NCBI RefSeq assembly: GCF_009914755.1
Contig: NC_060943.1
Direction: 5' to 3' (one strand)
Length of the DNA stretch: 64,000 bases
Source of the DNA: the human T2T-CHM13v2.0 reference genome, Homo sapiens
Under the pieces are notes generated by a model. It did no database searches and was not told the origin of the DNA. It saw only the letters and a program-made list of their open reading frames with translations. Below, piece by piece: positions 26,600-57,935 of this stretch (position 1 is the first letter of the stretch; the number at the start of each line of letters is the position of its first letter). Made by a program: the position numbers and the translations under genes.

Positions 26600-27560
26600 G
26601 ACACGGTCGTGGGTTTGAGATCTGGCTTCCCATACACTTGGAAACCTTGAGAAACGAGTCCTCCCTTGGGAAGAAAAGAGGGACTGAGGACCCCACACAA
26701 CACTGCTCCTCCCACGCACGAACCCCACGACCGAGACGGGATTCCCTCCATGACCCTCCCGTGCCCCAGCACAATCTGGGGAGACGCGAGGCTGCGGGCT
26801 CGGAGCTGCCCAGAGAGGGCTCCGGGACTGGGGCCGCAGTCGCCGCGCAGGGACTTGACAAGACGTCCGGGGTCCCGGCTGCCGGCCCAGCCCCATCCTG
26901 CGGCCAAAGAGACCGAGGGCCGAGCTGCGCCAGGAGGACTCGGGTCCACAGACCCGGGAGACAACGGCGGGGAGGCCTGGGTCCCACCACAGCCAGATCC
27001 GGCCGGTTTCAACCCGCCCCTCTCTCCCATCTCAAGACCCCCAGCCCCGCACACTTACCATTTCCCAGACTCTGGGATGTCCTGGTGTTCTGTTTACCTC
27101 TCCCGCGGCCAGCACAGGTCCTACCTCCACCTGAGGCCCTTCCTCCACCTGAGGGCCTTCTGGGGTGAGGAGACCCCAGAGCGGAGCGCAGCGGCTGGTA
27201 GCCACGCCCTCGCCGTTTGCGCAGCGCCCCTCCGCCCGCCTTCCCGGCGGCGCCCCTGATTGGACATTGCACTCTTGGACCCGCCTTCGTTGCCTGAGTG
27301 ACAGCTAGTAGGGAAGTCGCGTCTCTAAGCAACCTGCATTCGTCCGGGGTCAGGAATCTGTTCCCCTGCCACGGATATTTGCGTCTAAGCAGAATTTGTT
27401 AACGTACCCGGGGTCGGGCACTGGTGTCTTCCTGCAGCTCCTTCTGAGCGCGGAGACACAAGCGTGCACAGCGCAGGAAATTCCAGGCTCAGTTTCCAGA
27501 AAAAGGCTCTTTGTCCACAGCGAAAAAGGACGCCCGGGCCATGCCAGACTAGAACGGAAG
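26600..27560 (-). promoter_or_regulatory. CpG-island promoter / exon 1 of ZNF709, with CCAAT and GC boxes
   Basis: CpG-rich block; tgattgg at ~27257-27263 (CCAAT on -) and ccgccc at ~27232, upstream of the ATG|GT exon. Confidence 0.85.
27059..27061 (-). CDS. ZNF709: ZNF709 coding exon 1 (initiator ATG only)
   Basis: Minus strand reads ...gagtctgggaaATG|GTAAGTgtgcgggg inside a CpG island; an ATG-only first coding exon is typical of this ZNF family. Confidence 0.88.
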
Positions 27561-27962
27561 GGTCAGACGCTCCCAGACTTAGCATAAGGCTGCGAGGCCA
27601 TTCATGGATTTCTGACTCTTGTTTACAAATACAGACACTTAGAGTGACAGAGTGACCTCATCATACCTAACAAAGAGTGACTACGTTTTAATCTTTGACA
27701 ACTGACAGGGTTTAGGCCGTCACCCATCCCTTCCCTCCCCCCACACTTTGCTCTAGTGGGAAGTTTGGACCCCACAGCCCTAGTCTGAGAGAAGGAGTTC
27801 CTTTTTTTTTTTTTTTCGGTAGAGATGGCGGTGGTGGGGTGGTCTCACTATGTTGCACAGGCTAGTCTCGAACTCCTGGGCTCAGGTGATGCTCCTTGGC
27901 TTCCCAAAGTGTTGGGATTACAGGCATGAACCACCGTGCCCAGTGAGGAATTATTCAGTTAA

Positions 27963-28409
<447 letters not shown>

Positions 28410-28831
28410 TAAATGGCTATGATATCGATAAGGCAATTAATTCCATTTTCACTGAGATTATTTAAAAAACCACAAAAGATTATGTAAATTTGGCATGTAC
28501 TAGGAAACTCAATATACTTAAGATATTGGATCAAACCTACTAATGGGCAGGGCATGATGGCTCACACCTGTAGTTCCAGCACTTTAGGAAACTTAGGTGG
28601 GAGGGCTGCTTGAGCCCAGGAGTTTGAGATCAGCCTGGGCAACATAGTGAGGCCCCCCCCTCCCCCATCTCTAAGAAAATTTTTTAAAAATTAGCAGGGC
28701 ATGGTGGTGCACACCTGTAGTCCCAGCTACTGGGGAGGCTGAGGCCCGAGGATTGTTTGAACCCAGGAGGTCAAGGCTACAGTCAACTGTGATCCTGCAT
28801 TCCAGCCTGGGTGACAGAGTGAGACCCTGTC

Positions 28832-28950
28832 AGAAGGAAGGAAGGAAGGAAGGGAGGGAGGGAAGGAAGGAAGGAGGGAAGGAGGGAAGGAGGGAAGGAG
28901 GGAAGGAGGGAAGGAGGGAAGGAAGGAAAGAAGGAAGGAAGGAAGGAAAA
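28832..28950. repeat. (GGAA/GGGA)n purine tract
   Basis: Directly visible. Confidence 0.9.
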
Positions 28951-29019
28951 AAAAAGGAAACCCCTGTAGCCTTTGGCTGTCACTGTCCTATCTTCCCATC
29001 TTCCTCCTCCAAGCCTCTG

Positions 29020-29420
29020 TCCTAAGCAACCATTAATTTACTTTCAGTTGCTATATAGCTTTCCCATTGTAGACTTGGAATGGAATCATATACTATGTGT
29101 TCTTTGTGAGATTAACTTCATTCACTTAGCATAACTGTTTCAAGGGACATTTACATTGAAGTTTGTATCAATACTTCATTTGTTGTTTACAGTAAAACAA
29201 TATTTCATTGTACCAATATAGCCCATTTTGTTTATCCATTCATCCATTAATAGGCATTTGGTTTGTATCCACCTTTTAGTTGTTATTAATAAGGTTGCTA
29301 TAAACATCCATGTACAAGTTTTTCTGTAGACATAGGATTTCATTTGTCTTGGGAATACACTTAGGAATGGAATCGATGGGTTACATGGTAATTCTATCTT
29401 TAATCTTTGAAGAGCTGCCA
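29020..29420 (-). mobile_element. L1M 3' fragment
   Basis: Minus ORF contains LKIELPCNPSIPFL..TWMFIATL..DEWINKMGY, the L1 ORF2 C-terminus. Confidence 0.7.
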
Positions 29421-29685
29421 GACTCTTCTCCTCTCCTTTGGGAAATTCTATTACACACATATTGGTCAACTAAATAGTGTCCTGCATATTTCTCAGGCTC
29501 TGTTCATTTTTCTGTTTTCTGTTTTTGTTTTTTTAAGATGTAATCTTGTTATGTTACCCAGGCTGGACTGCTTCAGCCTCCCAAGTAAGTGGGACTACAG
29601 GTGTGCACTAGCATGCCCAGCTTAAAGAAATAATTTCTATTTTGATATGACACCTGCAGATCCCCCTCCCTCCCCCAAAAAATCT

Positions 29686-31949
<2,264 letters not shown>

Positions 31950-32934
31950 TTAGCACTGTGGGCTATAGGAATGTAGGCAAGACCTTGTGCTCCCTATACT
32001 TCAAATTTTTCATTCATAAGATAGGACGTATGGTTGGATGGGGCTAGTCAAATGAAATACTAATGATTATATCACATTAATTTCCAATGACATATAGTGA
32101 GATGCATATATGTCATTGAAATGTTGGACAAAAATTAGGTTTTAATTGCTCTCTAGTAAAACACAAAGCTGTTAACTTTTTTTTTTTCCATCTTCCCTAA
32201 CGTGTGCTGGAGGTCTACCATATGGAAATGATACCTGCGGACAGTTTCATGGGCTTTTGGGTCTTTGTGGATCATTGAAACAAAAATTACCCAGCTACTT
32301 CTCTTGTTTAAAAAAGCATTAAAGATTGAAAATGTCAAATATACTTTTTTTTTTTTTGGTAGAGACAGAGTCTCGCTCTGTCGCCTAGGCTGGAGTGCAG
32401 TGGCAAACTCGGCTCACTGCAACCTCCGTCTCCTGGGTTCAAGCAATTCTCCTGCCTCAGCCTCCCAAGCAGCTGGGACTACAGGTGCACACCGCCACAT
32501 CCAGCTAATTTCTTTTGTATTTTAGTAGAGACGGGGTTTCACCATGTTGCCCAGGCTGGTCTCAAACTCCTCAGCCCAGGCAATCACCAGCCTCAGCCTC
32601 CCAAAGTGCTAGGATTACAGGCGTGAGCCACCGCCGCCAGACATATACCTTATTTTTAACTAAATTGGGATGAAAATCAAAATAATACCCTCTGTCTGTA
32701 GCTTGCTGCAATTCTAACTTGGATAATTGCCCTCTAAACATCCATAGTTCTTTTGGATTTGTCAACTGGGAAATCACTGTGGATTTGGCTAGATATCACC
32801 CTGTTCATCGGAAAAACCTGAGATGGTTTGCACTATGCAGATGACTGTTACCTTTCTCCAAACTGGGAAGAACTCCATGGTTTTCTGATTACAATTTGTG
32901 TCATTCAGTCTCCAGTAAATGCAAAATTATAATG

Positions 32935-37340
<4,406 letters not shown>

Positions 37341-37699
37341 GTAAACATTGCCTGGTCTCTGTGAACCTACGGGGTCACAGTTCTGAGTGTCCTGGCAGCA
37401 TGATGCCAAGCCACTGTCCTCTGGAGAATATCTGACTCTCCTGATCCAGTATGGCCTTGCCTCCAGGGCCCTTTTGCTGTGGATTTACTCCTCAAAGAGT
37501 CAGTCATCAAGGGGTTCGCTTTATCTGGAAACTCTTGTCTGGCATTCCCTGCGCGCACACCTATGTCCCCGTTCAGAAGCTTCTTCGGTAAACGCCAGTG
37601 TCCGGTCTGAGGGCCTTTATATCTAGCATATAAAGTTCTGGTATAATGCAAATGTCTCTGGCAGGACAGTTTCAGGGACAAAAGTGGAAGCTGGATCGC

Positions 37700-38420
37700 T
37701 CAGCTACCTGACCTCCGTCTGAGATGTGACTCAGGCAACAGGGGGTGGAACCTCACAAACTGTCCAATTGGAGACGCCGCCGGAGCGGTGGGTGGGGCCG
37801 CCCTGTACAAAGGCGCGTGGATACGGTGGCGCGATTTCCAGTTTGTGTCTCTCCTGCCTCGAACGTCGCTAGGTGGCTCTGCCGCAGCCTCTGTCGCTCT
37901 GGGACCCGCACTGGCAGAGGGAGTCGTAGTTAGGGGGTGGGGACACCGCGGAAGCCCGGAAATGGTGACTGTGCGGGGCCTGGAATCCCGAGACCTGAAG
38001 AGCTGCTGGCCGGAACCGGCTGTCGCGGGAACCGGGCCTGCCCGCGGCCACTCCTGGGTCTGTGAACCCGAGTCCCCCTGGCGTAGCTCGGCCCTCGGCC
38101 TCCTCCCGCCGCAGAGTGAAGCTGGGCCGGCAGCCAGGATCCCGGGAGTCCTGTCCTGTCCCCGCGCGGCTACTGAGGCCCGGGTCCCGGAGCCCTGTGT
38201 GGGCAGCTCCATGCCCGTAGCCCCGCGTCTTCCAAGATTGTGTGGGGATCACGGGAGGGTCATAGGAGAGAAGGAATCCCGGCTCGAGTGTGGCGTTCGT
38301 GCGTGGGAGGAGCGGTGGTCCGTGGGGTCCCCAGTCTCTTCTTTTTCCCCAGGGGGACCGGTTTGCCCCTTAATTTTACAAACGTGTGAAAACAGGATCT
38401 CAAATCCACGACCCCGTTTT
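37700..38420 (+). promoter_or_regulatory. Orphan KRAB-ZNF-type CpG-island promoter and exon 1 (ATG 37962-37964, donor GT 37965)
   Basis: ggacaccgcggaagcccggaaATG|GTGACTgtgcgggg mirrors ZNF709 exon 1; ccaat at ~37764; TGACTCA at 37727-37733; downstream sequence is the reverse-complement paralog of 26560-27050. Confidence 0.8.
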
Positions 38421-38542
38421 CCAGCCTAGCTCTTCCTAGGACTGACAGGAAATCCCTAAATTTGCCAATTCCTTCTTTCATTCCAAATGAAGCTTTCCCT
38501 CTCCAATTCATAATATTATTATTTGCCCTGTTAAATACAATT

Positions 38543-38907
<365 letters not shown>

Positions 38908-40220
38908 CTACTAAAAATACAAAAATTAGCTGCATGATGGCCTGTGCTTGTAGTCCCAGCTACTCAGGGGGCTGAGGTGGGAGGCTCACTTAAGCCCAAG
39001 CCCTGGAGGTCGAGGCTGCGGTGAGCTATGATCTCGCCACTGCGCTACAGCCTGGGTGACAGAGGGAGACCCTGTCTCAAAAAAATAAACATCAATAGCG
39101 GTTGAAAGCCCCATGACTGGGGAGCAGCAGCCAGAGACTAGTGACTTCAAGCTAAGACCACTCTTGAGCCTGCAAAGGGAGGTCATTGAAAGCCCAGATG
39201 GGTCTTCCTGGGGAGCCTTCCCCAAAAGTGTCCTACTTGCTCTCACCCACCAAGGAAAGAGCTCTTTATACAGAGAGAAGCTACAGAGCACTGGAATGCT
39301 GGGAACCGCACGCGGTTTTAGGAGAACCGGGAGGGTTTTAATTGTCTAGGTTGTAATTGTAGTTTCCTTGGGTCTACTTTTAGACATTAGGTTTGAGTTT
39401 TGCTTTCACATTAGGGTACACTCGTGGTGTAATTTTTCCATATTGAAAAAGTCTGTGAAAGTTACAAGTTCTGTCTCCTGGACATGGTGTTAATGACTTT
39501 GGGAGTTCATTTGTGTCAGAACCTTCATCTGAATCCAGCTGACAGTTTCGTCACTTACGAGAACCAGTGGGAAGGGGCATTCTCTGCTCCCGGAGTTCAT
39601 TCCTGTGGCTGCTCAGGTGTCCCTGCTGTCACCAGGGACTATTCCACTCTAGGGACTATACCCTAACAGGGAGAGAGTGTGGACTCCAAGCTTTGGTATG
39701 TGTTTAACCTTCTGGATGTTGGTTTTTCTTCTGAATTGCGGAGAAGCAGGCTGCTTATCTGAGCTGATTCAATGTTTGTGTTTCTTTCCTTTGGATTCCT
39801 TTTTCTATTGAATATTGCAGCACTTTAACTCCAGTTTCCTTTAACATTTTGTAATTTTATTCCCTGTATGAGTCTGTAGGATTTTTAGTTTGTTGGTCTT
39901 TGAAAATTTAAGTTGATTGAGAAATATGATGTAAGAGAAGCAAATCCTGGAACCAAATAGAATTTTTATTCCTTTCAGGCAAAAGAAGCTCATGGTGTGA
40001 GATGGATATGTTTAACTTCTCAGGTGCATTTTTATTTTTACATTAGTTTGTGTGTGTGCATATCCCTAGAAAACTTTCAAACTTCAAAGGCTCTACTATT
40101 CCCAGGGCAAATGGATTCCTGTTTTAATTGATACGAGGAAAACTACTCCTCAAAGCTTGTGTAATCTTTGAAAAATTCTACTACATTTAATGGTTATATC
40201 CAAACCCTAATGTATTATAA

Positions 40221-45070
<4,850 letters not shown>

Positions 45071-45074
45071 ATTG

Positions 45075-46849
<1,775 letters not shown>

Positions 46850-46851
<2 letters not shown>

Positions 46852-46869
46852 AAATTTAGGTTAAATTAG
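46850..46869 (+). pseudogene. 5' stub of mitochondrial tRNA-Trp (NUMT)
   Basis: agaaatttaggttaaa directly after the ND2 stop, as in mtDNA. Confidence 0.75.
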
Positions 46870-47069
46870 GCTGGGCACAGTGGCTCACGCCTGTAATCCC
46901 AACACTTTGGGAGGCCAAGGCGGGCAGATCACTTGAGGTCAGGAGTTCGTGACCAGCCTGGCCAACATGACAAAACCCCATCTCTACAAAAAATACAAAA
47001 ATTAGCCAGGCATGGTGGCACACACCTACAGTCCCAGCTACTCAGGAGGCTGAGGCGGGAGGATCAGAT

Positions 47070-48434
<1,365 letters not shown>

Positions 48435-48437
48435 TAT

Positions 48438-48502
48438 CACTGTAGAGCTAATCAGTACTAACCTTTTAAGTTAAAGACTGAGTTATGATCTTTCCACAAC
48501 GA
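48438..48502 (+). pseudogene. Mitochondrial tRNA-Lys pseudogene (NUMT)
   Basis: cactgtagagctaa...ctaaccttttaagttaaagactgag located between CO2 and ATP8. Confidence 0.85.
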
Positions 48503-48503
48503 A

Positions 48504-48655
48504 GTGCCCCAACTAGACACATCCACACGATTTATTACTATCATATCCATAATCCTATCACCATTTCAATTAAAAATTTCAAAATTCATCTACCCAACAA
48601 ACTCAACACTAAAAGCTTTTGAAATATAGAAACATGAAACCCCTTAAGAAATAAA

Positions 48656-48680
<25 letters not shown>
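48504..48680 (+). pseudogene. MT-ATP8 pseudogene (NUMT)
   Basis: gtgccccaactagacacatccaca = (M)PQLDTST; FQLKISK; overlaps the ATP6 start. Confidence 0.85.
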
Positions 48681-50435
<1,755 letters not shown>

Positions 50436-50436
<1 letters not shown>

Positions 50437-50519
50437 TGACCCAGCAAACCCATGCGTACCATCTAGTAAATCCTAGCCCTTGGCCATTAACAGGGGCTCT
50501 CTTAGCACTAATAACATCC
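50436..50519 (+). pseudogene. MT-CO3 5' stub (NUMT)
   Basis: ATGACCCAGCAAACCCATGCGTACCAT...CCTTGGCCATTAACAGGGGCT = [21 protein letters not shown]. Confidence 0.9.
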
Positions 50520-50887
50520 ACTACCCAGACTTAGTGGTTGGATGGCAAGCATGTGGTCTTTGGCAAGGTGAAAGAAGGCATGAATATTGTGGAGGCCGTG
50601 GAGTGTTTTGGGTCCAAGAATGGCAAGACCAGCAAAAAGATCACCATTGCTCACTGTGGACAACTCTAATAAGTTTGGCTTGTGTTTTATCTTAACCACC
50701 CACCAGACCATTCCTTCTGTAGCTCAGGAAAGAACCCCTCCACTCCATTTGCTTGCAGTATCCTAGAATCTTTGTGCTCTTGCTACAGTTCCCTTTAGGT
50801 TCCATGTTTTCCTTATTCCCTTCCATGCCTAGCTGGATTGCAGAGTTAAATTTATGATTATGAAATAAAAACTAAATAACAAAAAAA
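50520..50887 (+). pseudogene. 5'-truncated processed pseudogene of PPIA (cyclophilin A)
   Basis: Encodes [45 protein letters not shown], then PPIA-type 3' UTR, AATAAA at 50864-50869 and an A tail. Confidence 0.93.
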
Positions 50888-51572
50888 GGTAAAGAAAGAA
50901 TACGATAAACATGGAAACAAATTAAACATAAAAAATGCCTGAAAACCATTTCATGGAAGATAAAAGACCACATAGGAAAAATGTTCAACAGCAATGGTAA
51001 CCAGTAAAAAGCAACATATAATTACACAGAGACTGTGTTTAACACTCAAGGAGCACAAATAAATAAGTTAGATAATTCCAAGCATTGGCAAATTGCAAGG
51101 AATAAACACACATGCATGAGTGGTCAAATGGTTAATTGATATACTCCATCAGTATTTCCTACTAAATATGAATTTATCCATAATATACAACTCAGTAATT
51201 TTTTCCCAATATGTAAAAAATTTATAATTTAGCACTTGGAGACATAAATAAGAATGACATTGTCACCAGGATCAAAAAATAAACTTGAAACAACATTAGT
51301 CCACAAGCAATAGAATGAAGCCTCAGACAGTAATGTATGTGCAACAGACTGAGGCAAAAAAACCACAAAAAAAAACTTTCAGCATAACATTAATTGTAAT
51401 AGTAATACTAACTTGCTGAAAACTCAAAATAGCCAAAACTCTACTTTATGGTAAATAGATGGTAAATCTATAAAGAATAACAACAACAACAAATCACCAT
51501 CATGGTCACCTCTGGGTGCAGAAGGGAGGTGAGATCAGGGTGACATACCAGTGCTGCCAACAGCCTATTTAG

Positions 51573-52862
<1,290 letters not shown>

Positions 52863-52889
52863 GCAAATAAACTCTTAAATTCATAAACC

Positions 52890-53585
52890 TTTTCTTTAGC
52901 AGACAGAACCCAAAGGTGTCTGACTCTTACAGATGTTCTCATTTTGCACAAATTACACTCTGACTAAATCAACTCTGCGGATGGAAAACCAAACTGCTGA
53001 CCATGTTGAATTTTACCTTAGTTCTGTAGGTAACGGAAACCCCACCACTACCACCATCTTCTGTGATCTAGAGAAGCAGGCTACTACAAAATAACACCCT
53101 TCCCATTACAACTTAGATGATGTCCCTGTCTACCTATGTATAAGGCCAGACACACACTCTCCAAATTCCCATTCTTTGCCTCATGAACAATTAGCTGAAC
53201 AGTTTTATCTTCACTGATCAGTTGAAACAAAATACCAGTGAACCCACACTTTGGTTAAGTTTCTTTCTTTCTTCCAGGCCCCTGAACTTCCACCCACCTT
53301 CAGTAGCCTGAGCAAGCACCCAACCCCACCTTTATGACCCCTCCTAAGAACAGGCTGACCTTAGGATCAAATATTCTCTAATCTAGCATCTGATTTTGCT
53401 CCCCTCCATCCTGCCCTCTCTCTCTCTCACTTTATTACTAATCTAGCTTGCTCCTCCCTATGAAAGAAAACTTTACCTAACCTTTGAGATGCTTTCAAAT
53501 ATTATACTTGGTGCTTTCCTCCTATCACTACAATACTTCATTCAAATAAGGTCACTACTTACCTAAATCTGGATTTTACTTGAGG
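52890..53585 (+). mobile_element. Old ERV1-class LTR (MER31/MER67-like, uncertain)
   Basis: LTR-like composition with ccaggcccctgaact, cccctcctaagaacaggctgacc and a 3' aataa/cttacctaaatctgg tail. Confidence 0.45.
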
Positions 53586-54080
53586 GTGTCTAGAAACAGC
53601 CCCAGGGCAATAACAACTACAACCACAGAAGGGGCAACAGATCCCACCCCCAACCGCATCTGCCTATGGATCCCCTAGGAAACCTGCAGCATAGTCTCGC
53701 CAGGAAGAACTAAATGGGCCTTCGGTGACCTCCCCTTACAGGCTCAAGATTGGCCTTAGCTTGGAGTCACTGGCCTAAGGCCTCTGCTCTCCACTGAAGG
53801 GTACTCATTTTTTTTCTCTATTCGACAAGCTTTTATTGGGGTATCTACTATGTGCCAGGTACCAGTCTAAGTATTGGGGAACAAAGACTAATAAGCTCCC
53901 AGCCAGGTGCAGTGGCTCACGCCTGTAATCCCAGCACTTTGAGAGGCCGAGGCGGATGGGGAGTTCCAGACCAGCCTGACCAACATGAAGGAAACTCCAT
54001 CTCTACCAGAGTCAAAAAATTCTGGTATCAAATCCTGGATTTGCCACTTATTAGCTCTGGGACTGTGAGCTAATGATTAA

Positions 54081-54269
<189 letters not shown>

Positions 54270-54326
54270 TAGTAGAGATGGGGGTTTCTCCATGTTGGTC
54301 AGGCTGGTCTCAAACTCCCGACTTCA

Positions 54327-54467
<141 letters not shown>

Positions 54468-55280
54468 TCAGGTCAGGTCATCCTGTCACATGGGACACCC
54501 CCTCACCCTCAATGAAGTGCTCAATGATCACCATCCCAAGATAAGACAATGCATTGTACACCCCCGTGTACCCAAAATGGCATTTCGCTTTTCAGTTTTC
54601 TTGCACTGCCATGACTGCGTGGGTTTTTTCTTGTCCTTCGGTATAGTTTTTCTCCCTTCTGTAGTCTGAGAGAATCCAGAAGGCAAGAATCAATACCCCT
54701 CAATACCAGCATCTGATTGGGTGACCCCCAGTATCCCCAAAGGAATGGAAACTGGGGTTGGCGAAGAAAAGCTGAGTGCCCCAGGGGTTGGCTATTTATT
54801 TGAGGGGGATACCAGGAGACTCTTTCCAGCCGAGGGTATCCAGCTGCTCCCCTGAGAGGCCCCAAACCTATCTCTGAGAAGATAACCGAGGAGCTCATAA
54901 TTCACTAGATCCTGCAAGAGACTTGGCAGCTGAGGGCATCTTGGGTCTGCCCCAGGCAGTTCTGAAATCTAAGACCAGGGAAGGATAGAGGGTGGGCTAA
55001 GGACACATCACGGCGTAAAGTTTCCAAAAAGGAACCTCAACCCAAAGACATTCTGATAAGGTGTCTGTGCCTAGGGAAGATGAAAGGAGAGGCACAAAGT
55101 ATTTTTACGGTAGAGCGCCAGGTGCTTACTCTCTGCTTTCCTCTCAGAGGAAAAGTCCACAAAGAGAAAACAAATCTCTTAAAAAAAGCCATCCATTGCT
55201 TTGTAGGGAAAAATGAATAAACAATTCTAATACTATGTTTGTTGGAAATGTAGAATGAAGGACAAAAAGCTGATAAAGTT

Positions 55281-55773
<493 letters not shown>

Positions 55774-55849
55774 TTAGAAGACCTGTAGAGAAACCAGTAT
55801 CCCCGGGAAAGATGAGGGACTGAGGATCCCACAGACCACAGCTCCTCCC

Positions 55850-56460
55850 ACACTAACCCCACAACCGAGGCGGGATTCCCCCCATGACCCTCCCGTGACC
55901 CCGCACAATCTGGAGAAACGCGGGGCTGCGGTCGCCACGGACGGACGCGATAGGACGCCCGGGGTCCCGGCTGCCGGCCCAGACCCACCCCGCGGCAGAG
56001 GGGACCGAGGGACGAGCTGCGCCAGGAGGACTCAAGTCCCAGATCCCGAAGTCGCCGCGGGGAGGCCCGGGTCCCTCCACAGCTGGATCCTGCTGGATTC
56101 CAACCAGCCCCTCCTCCAAGTCTAGGGACTCCAAGCCCCGCACACGCACCGTATCCCGGGTTCCAGGTGTCCTGGCTTCCTTACTACGCCTCCTTTGGTC
56201 AGAGCTGGTCACAGCAGACAGGGACTGCAGCGGCGCCACCTGTGGCGTCCTCTGCAGAAAGGACCTGCCCCGCTGACCTGTTGACCGTTGCCCAGGCATC
56301 CTGGCGGCACACCCCATTGGACTGTTCAGAGCTCGCCCCAGCGCCCCCGATTGGGTAGATTCGGGCTCCACCCCCTGCGTCACAGAAGTCATCTAATAGG
56401 TGGCTGCAGGGATAGGCTGTAACCGCAGCCAATAGCAGGCCCAGCTTCCTCCAGGCAACC
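55850..56460 (-). promoter_or_regulatory. Third paralogous CpG-island promoter / exon 1 with ACG in place of ATG (56152-56150, donor GT 56149); likely distal alternative first exon for ZNF709
   Basis: Minus strand reads ggacacctggaacccgggatACG|GTGCGTgtgcgggg; CCAAT boxes near 56315 and 56350; flanks are direct paralogs of 26200-27600. Confidence 0.8.
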
Positions 56461-57710
56461 AAATCAGGCTCCGCTGGAGGCATCAACACAATTGTCCACA
56501 GGCTTTCCAGAGCTACTACTACTGGCCTCTTCCTGTACTCGGTGGGCCCTTTCTCCCTCTTCCAGGTCACAGATGAGCAGAAGGAATTCCAGACTCAGTG
56601 TCCAATGGAGACATCTCCTTCCCTCAAAGCAAAAGGAAGCCGAGTCCAAACCAGGCCACACTGGAACAGCAGGGAGGGCCTGATGTCCTCCAGAGATCAG
56701 GAATTTGGGATGGGGCAGTTGGTGCCATGGCCAAGCCATTTTCTCACCTTATCTCTTAGTCTACTCATTTTCAGCCCAGAAAAAAAAACAACAACAACAA
56801 AAACCATGCCAACGTGGGAATAAAATTAATAAAGGCATGGAAAAATTATTAAATGCATAGTTATATGGCAGCATTATTCCATAAAGGAATCAAAAGGAAA
56901 GCAAACATTTGAACTAGCTCAGGCAAGCAGGCTTCACCCACAGTTCACAAGGAACACCTGCATTCAGGTTTAACATATTCTTAATCTTGGGAGTCAGACT
57001 CTTGACTACTGAAATGGATGCCCAGGTCGATCAGACCCTCCTGATGAGGTAGGGAAACCTAAGGATTTAACTCTGGGAGCTCAACATGCCCTTATGTACC
57101 CTCCACACAGTGTGGAAAAGCTGCCTCCTTCAAGACCTTCATTTACACCTGCAGGAGACTCTTACCTGGAGTCAGTTTAACATTCTAACCTACATAAACT
57201 ATCAGCTACATAAATCCTTTCTCCAAAATGAGTCTTTATCTGAGCCTGACCATGCCAGATTTACTTCACATATACAAATTACAGTTGGACCACAATGACC
57301 CTATGTATGCCAAAACAAACACATTGCCCAGAAAATAGTTAGCCTGAGAAAGGACAGAACACCCCAAGCATGTCTTCACATGAATCTTTTGCTTTCCAGG
57401 GCTCTGCTTCTCAGAATCTGCACTCCTGTAGCTGTTCTGAGCAACCAGAGGCCACCTACGGAGACAACAGGCTGCCCAGAAAGCCACATGAGGAGCTCCA
57501 TTTCCCTCCCTTTGCAGGCTCCAGACTGGCCTCAGGTTGGAGTCACTGGCTGCAGGCGCTGCTGCCCACTGCAGGTTCTTCACCTGCTTCTCACCAGCAC
57601 TGATCAGCTACATGAGACAAAGACTCTCTATCGTACTGTATGAGAAAGAAACCAGCAAAGTCCTACGTTTCCTCCTGTGTTTACATACAAATCAGAGGAA
57701 GAAAATCTTA

Positions 57711-57935
<225 letters not shown>

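Noticed and set aside
26551-27655. 100-200 aa ORFs over the CpG island (similarly at 37700-38429)
   Set aside because: Stop-poor GC-rich DNA; they cross the exon-1 donor and have no recognisable domain.
28832-28950. GGAA tract as an ETS-fusion-type enhancer near the ZNF709 promoter
   Set aside because: Pure GGAA runs are short and interrupted; explained as an Alu-tail microsatellite.
56232-56248. Palindromic cgccacctgtggcg as a CTCF site
   Set aside because: Only the 3' half of the consensus matches; unsupported without ChIP data.
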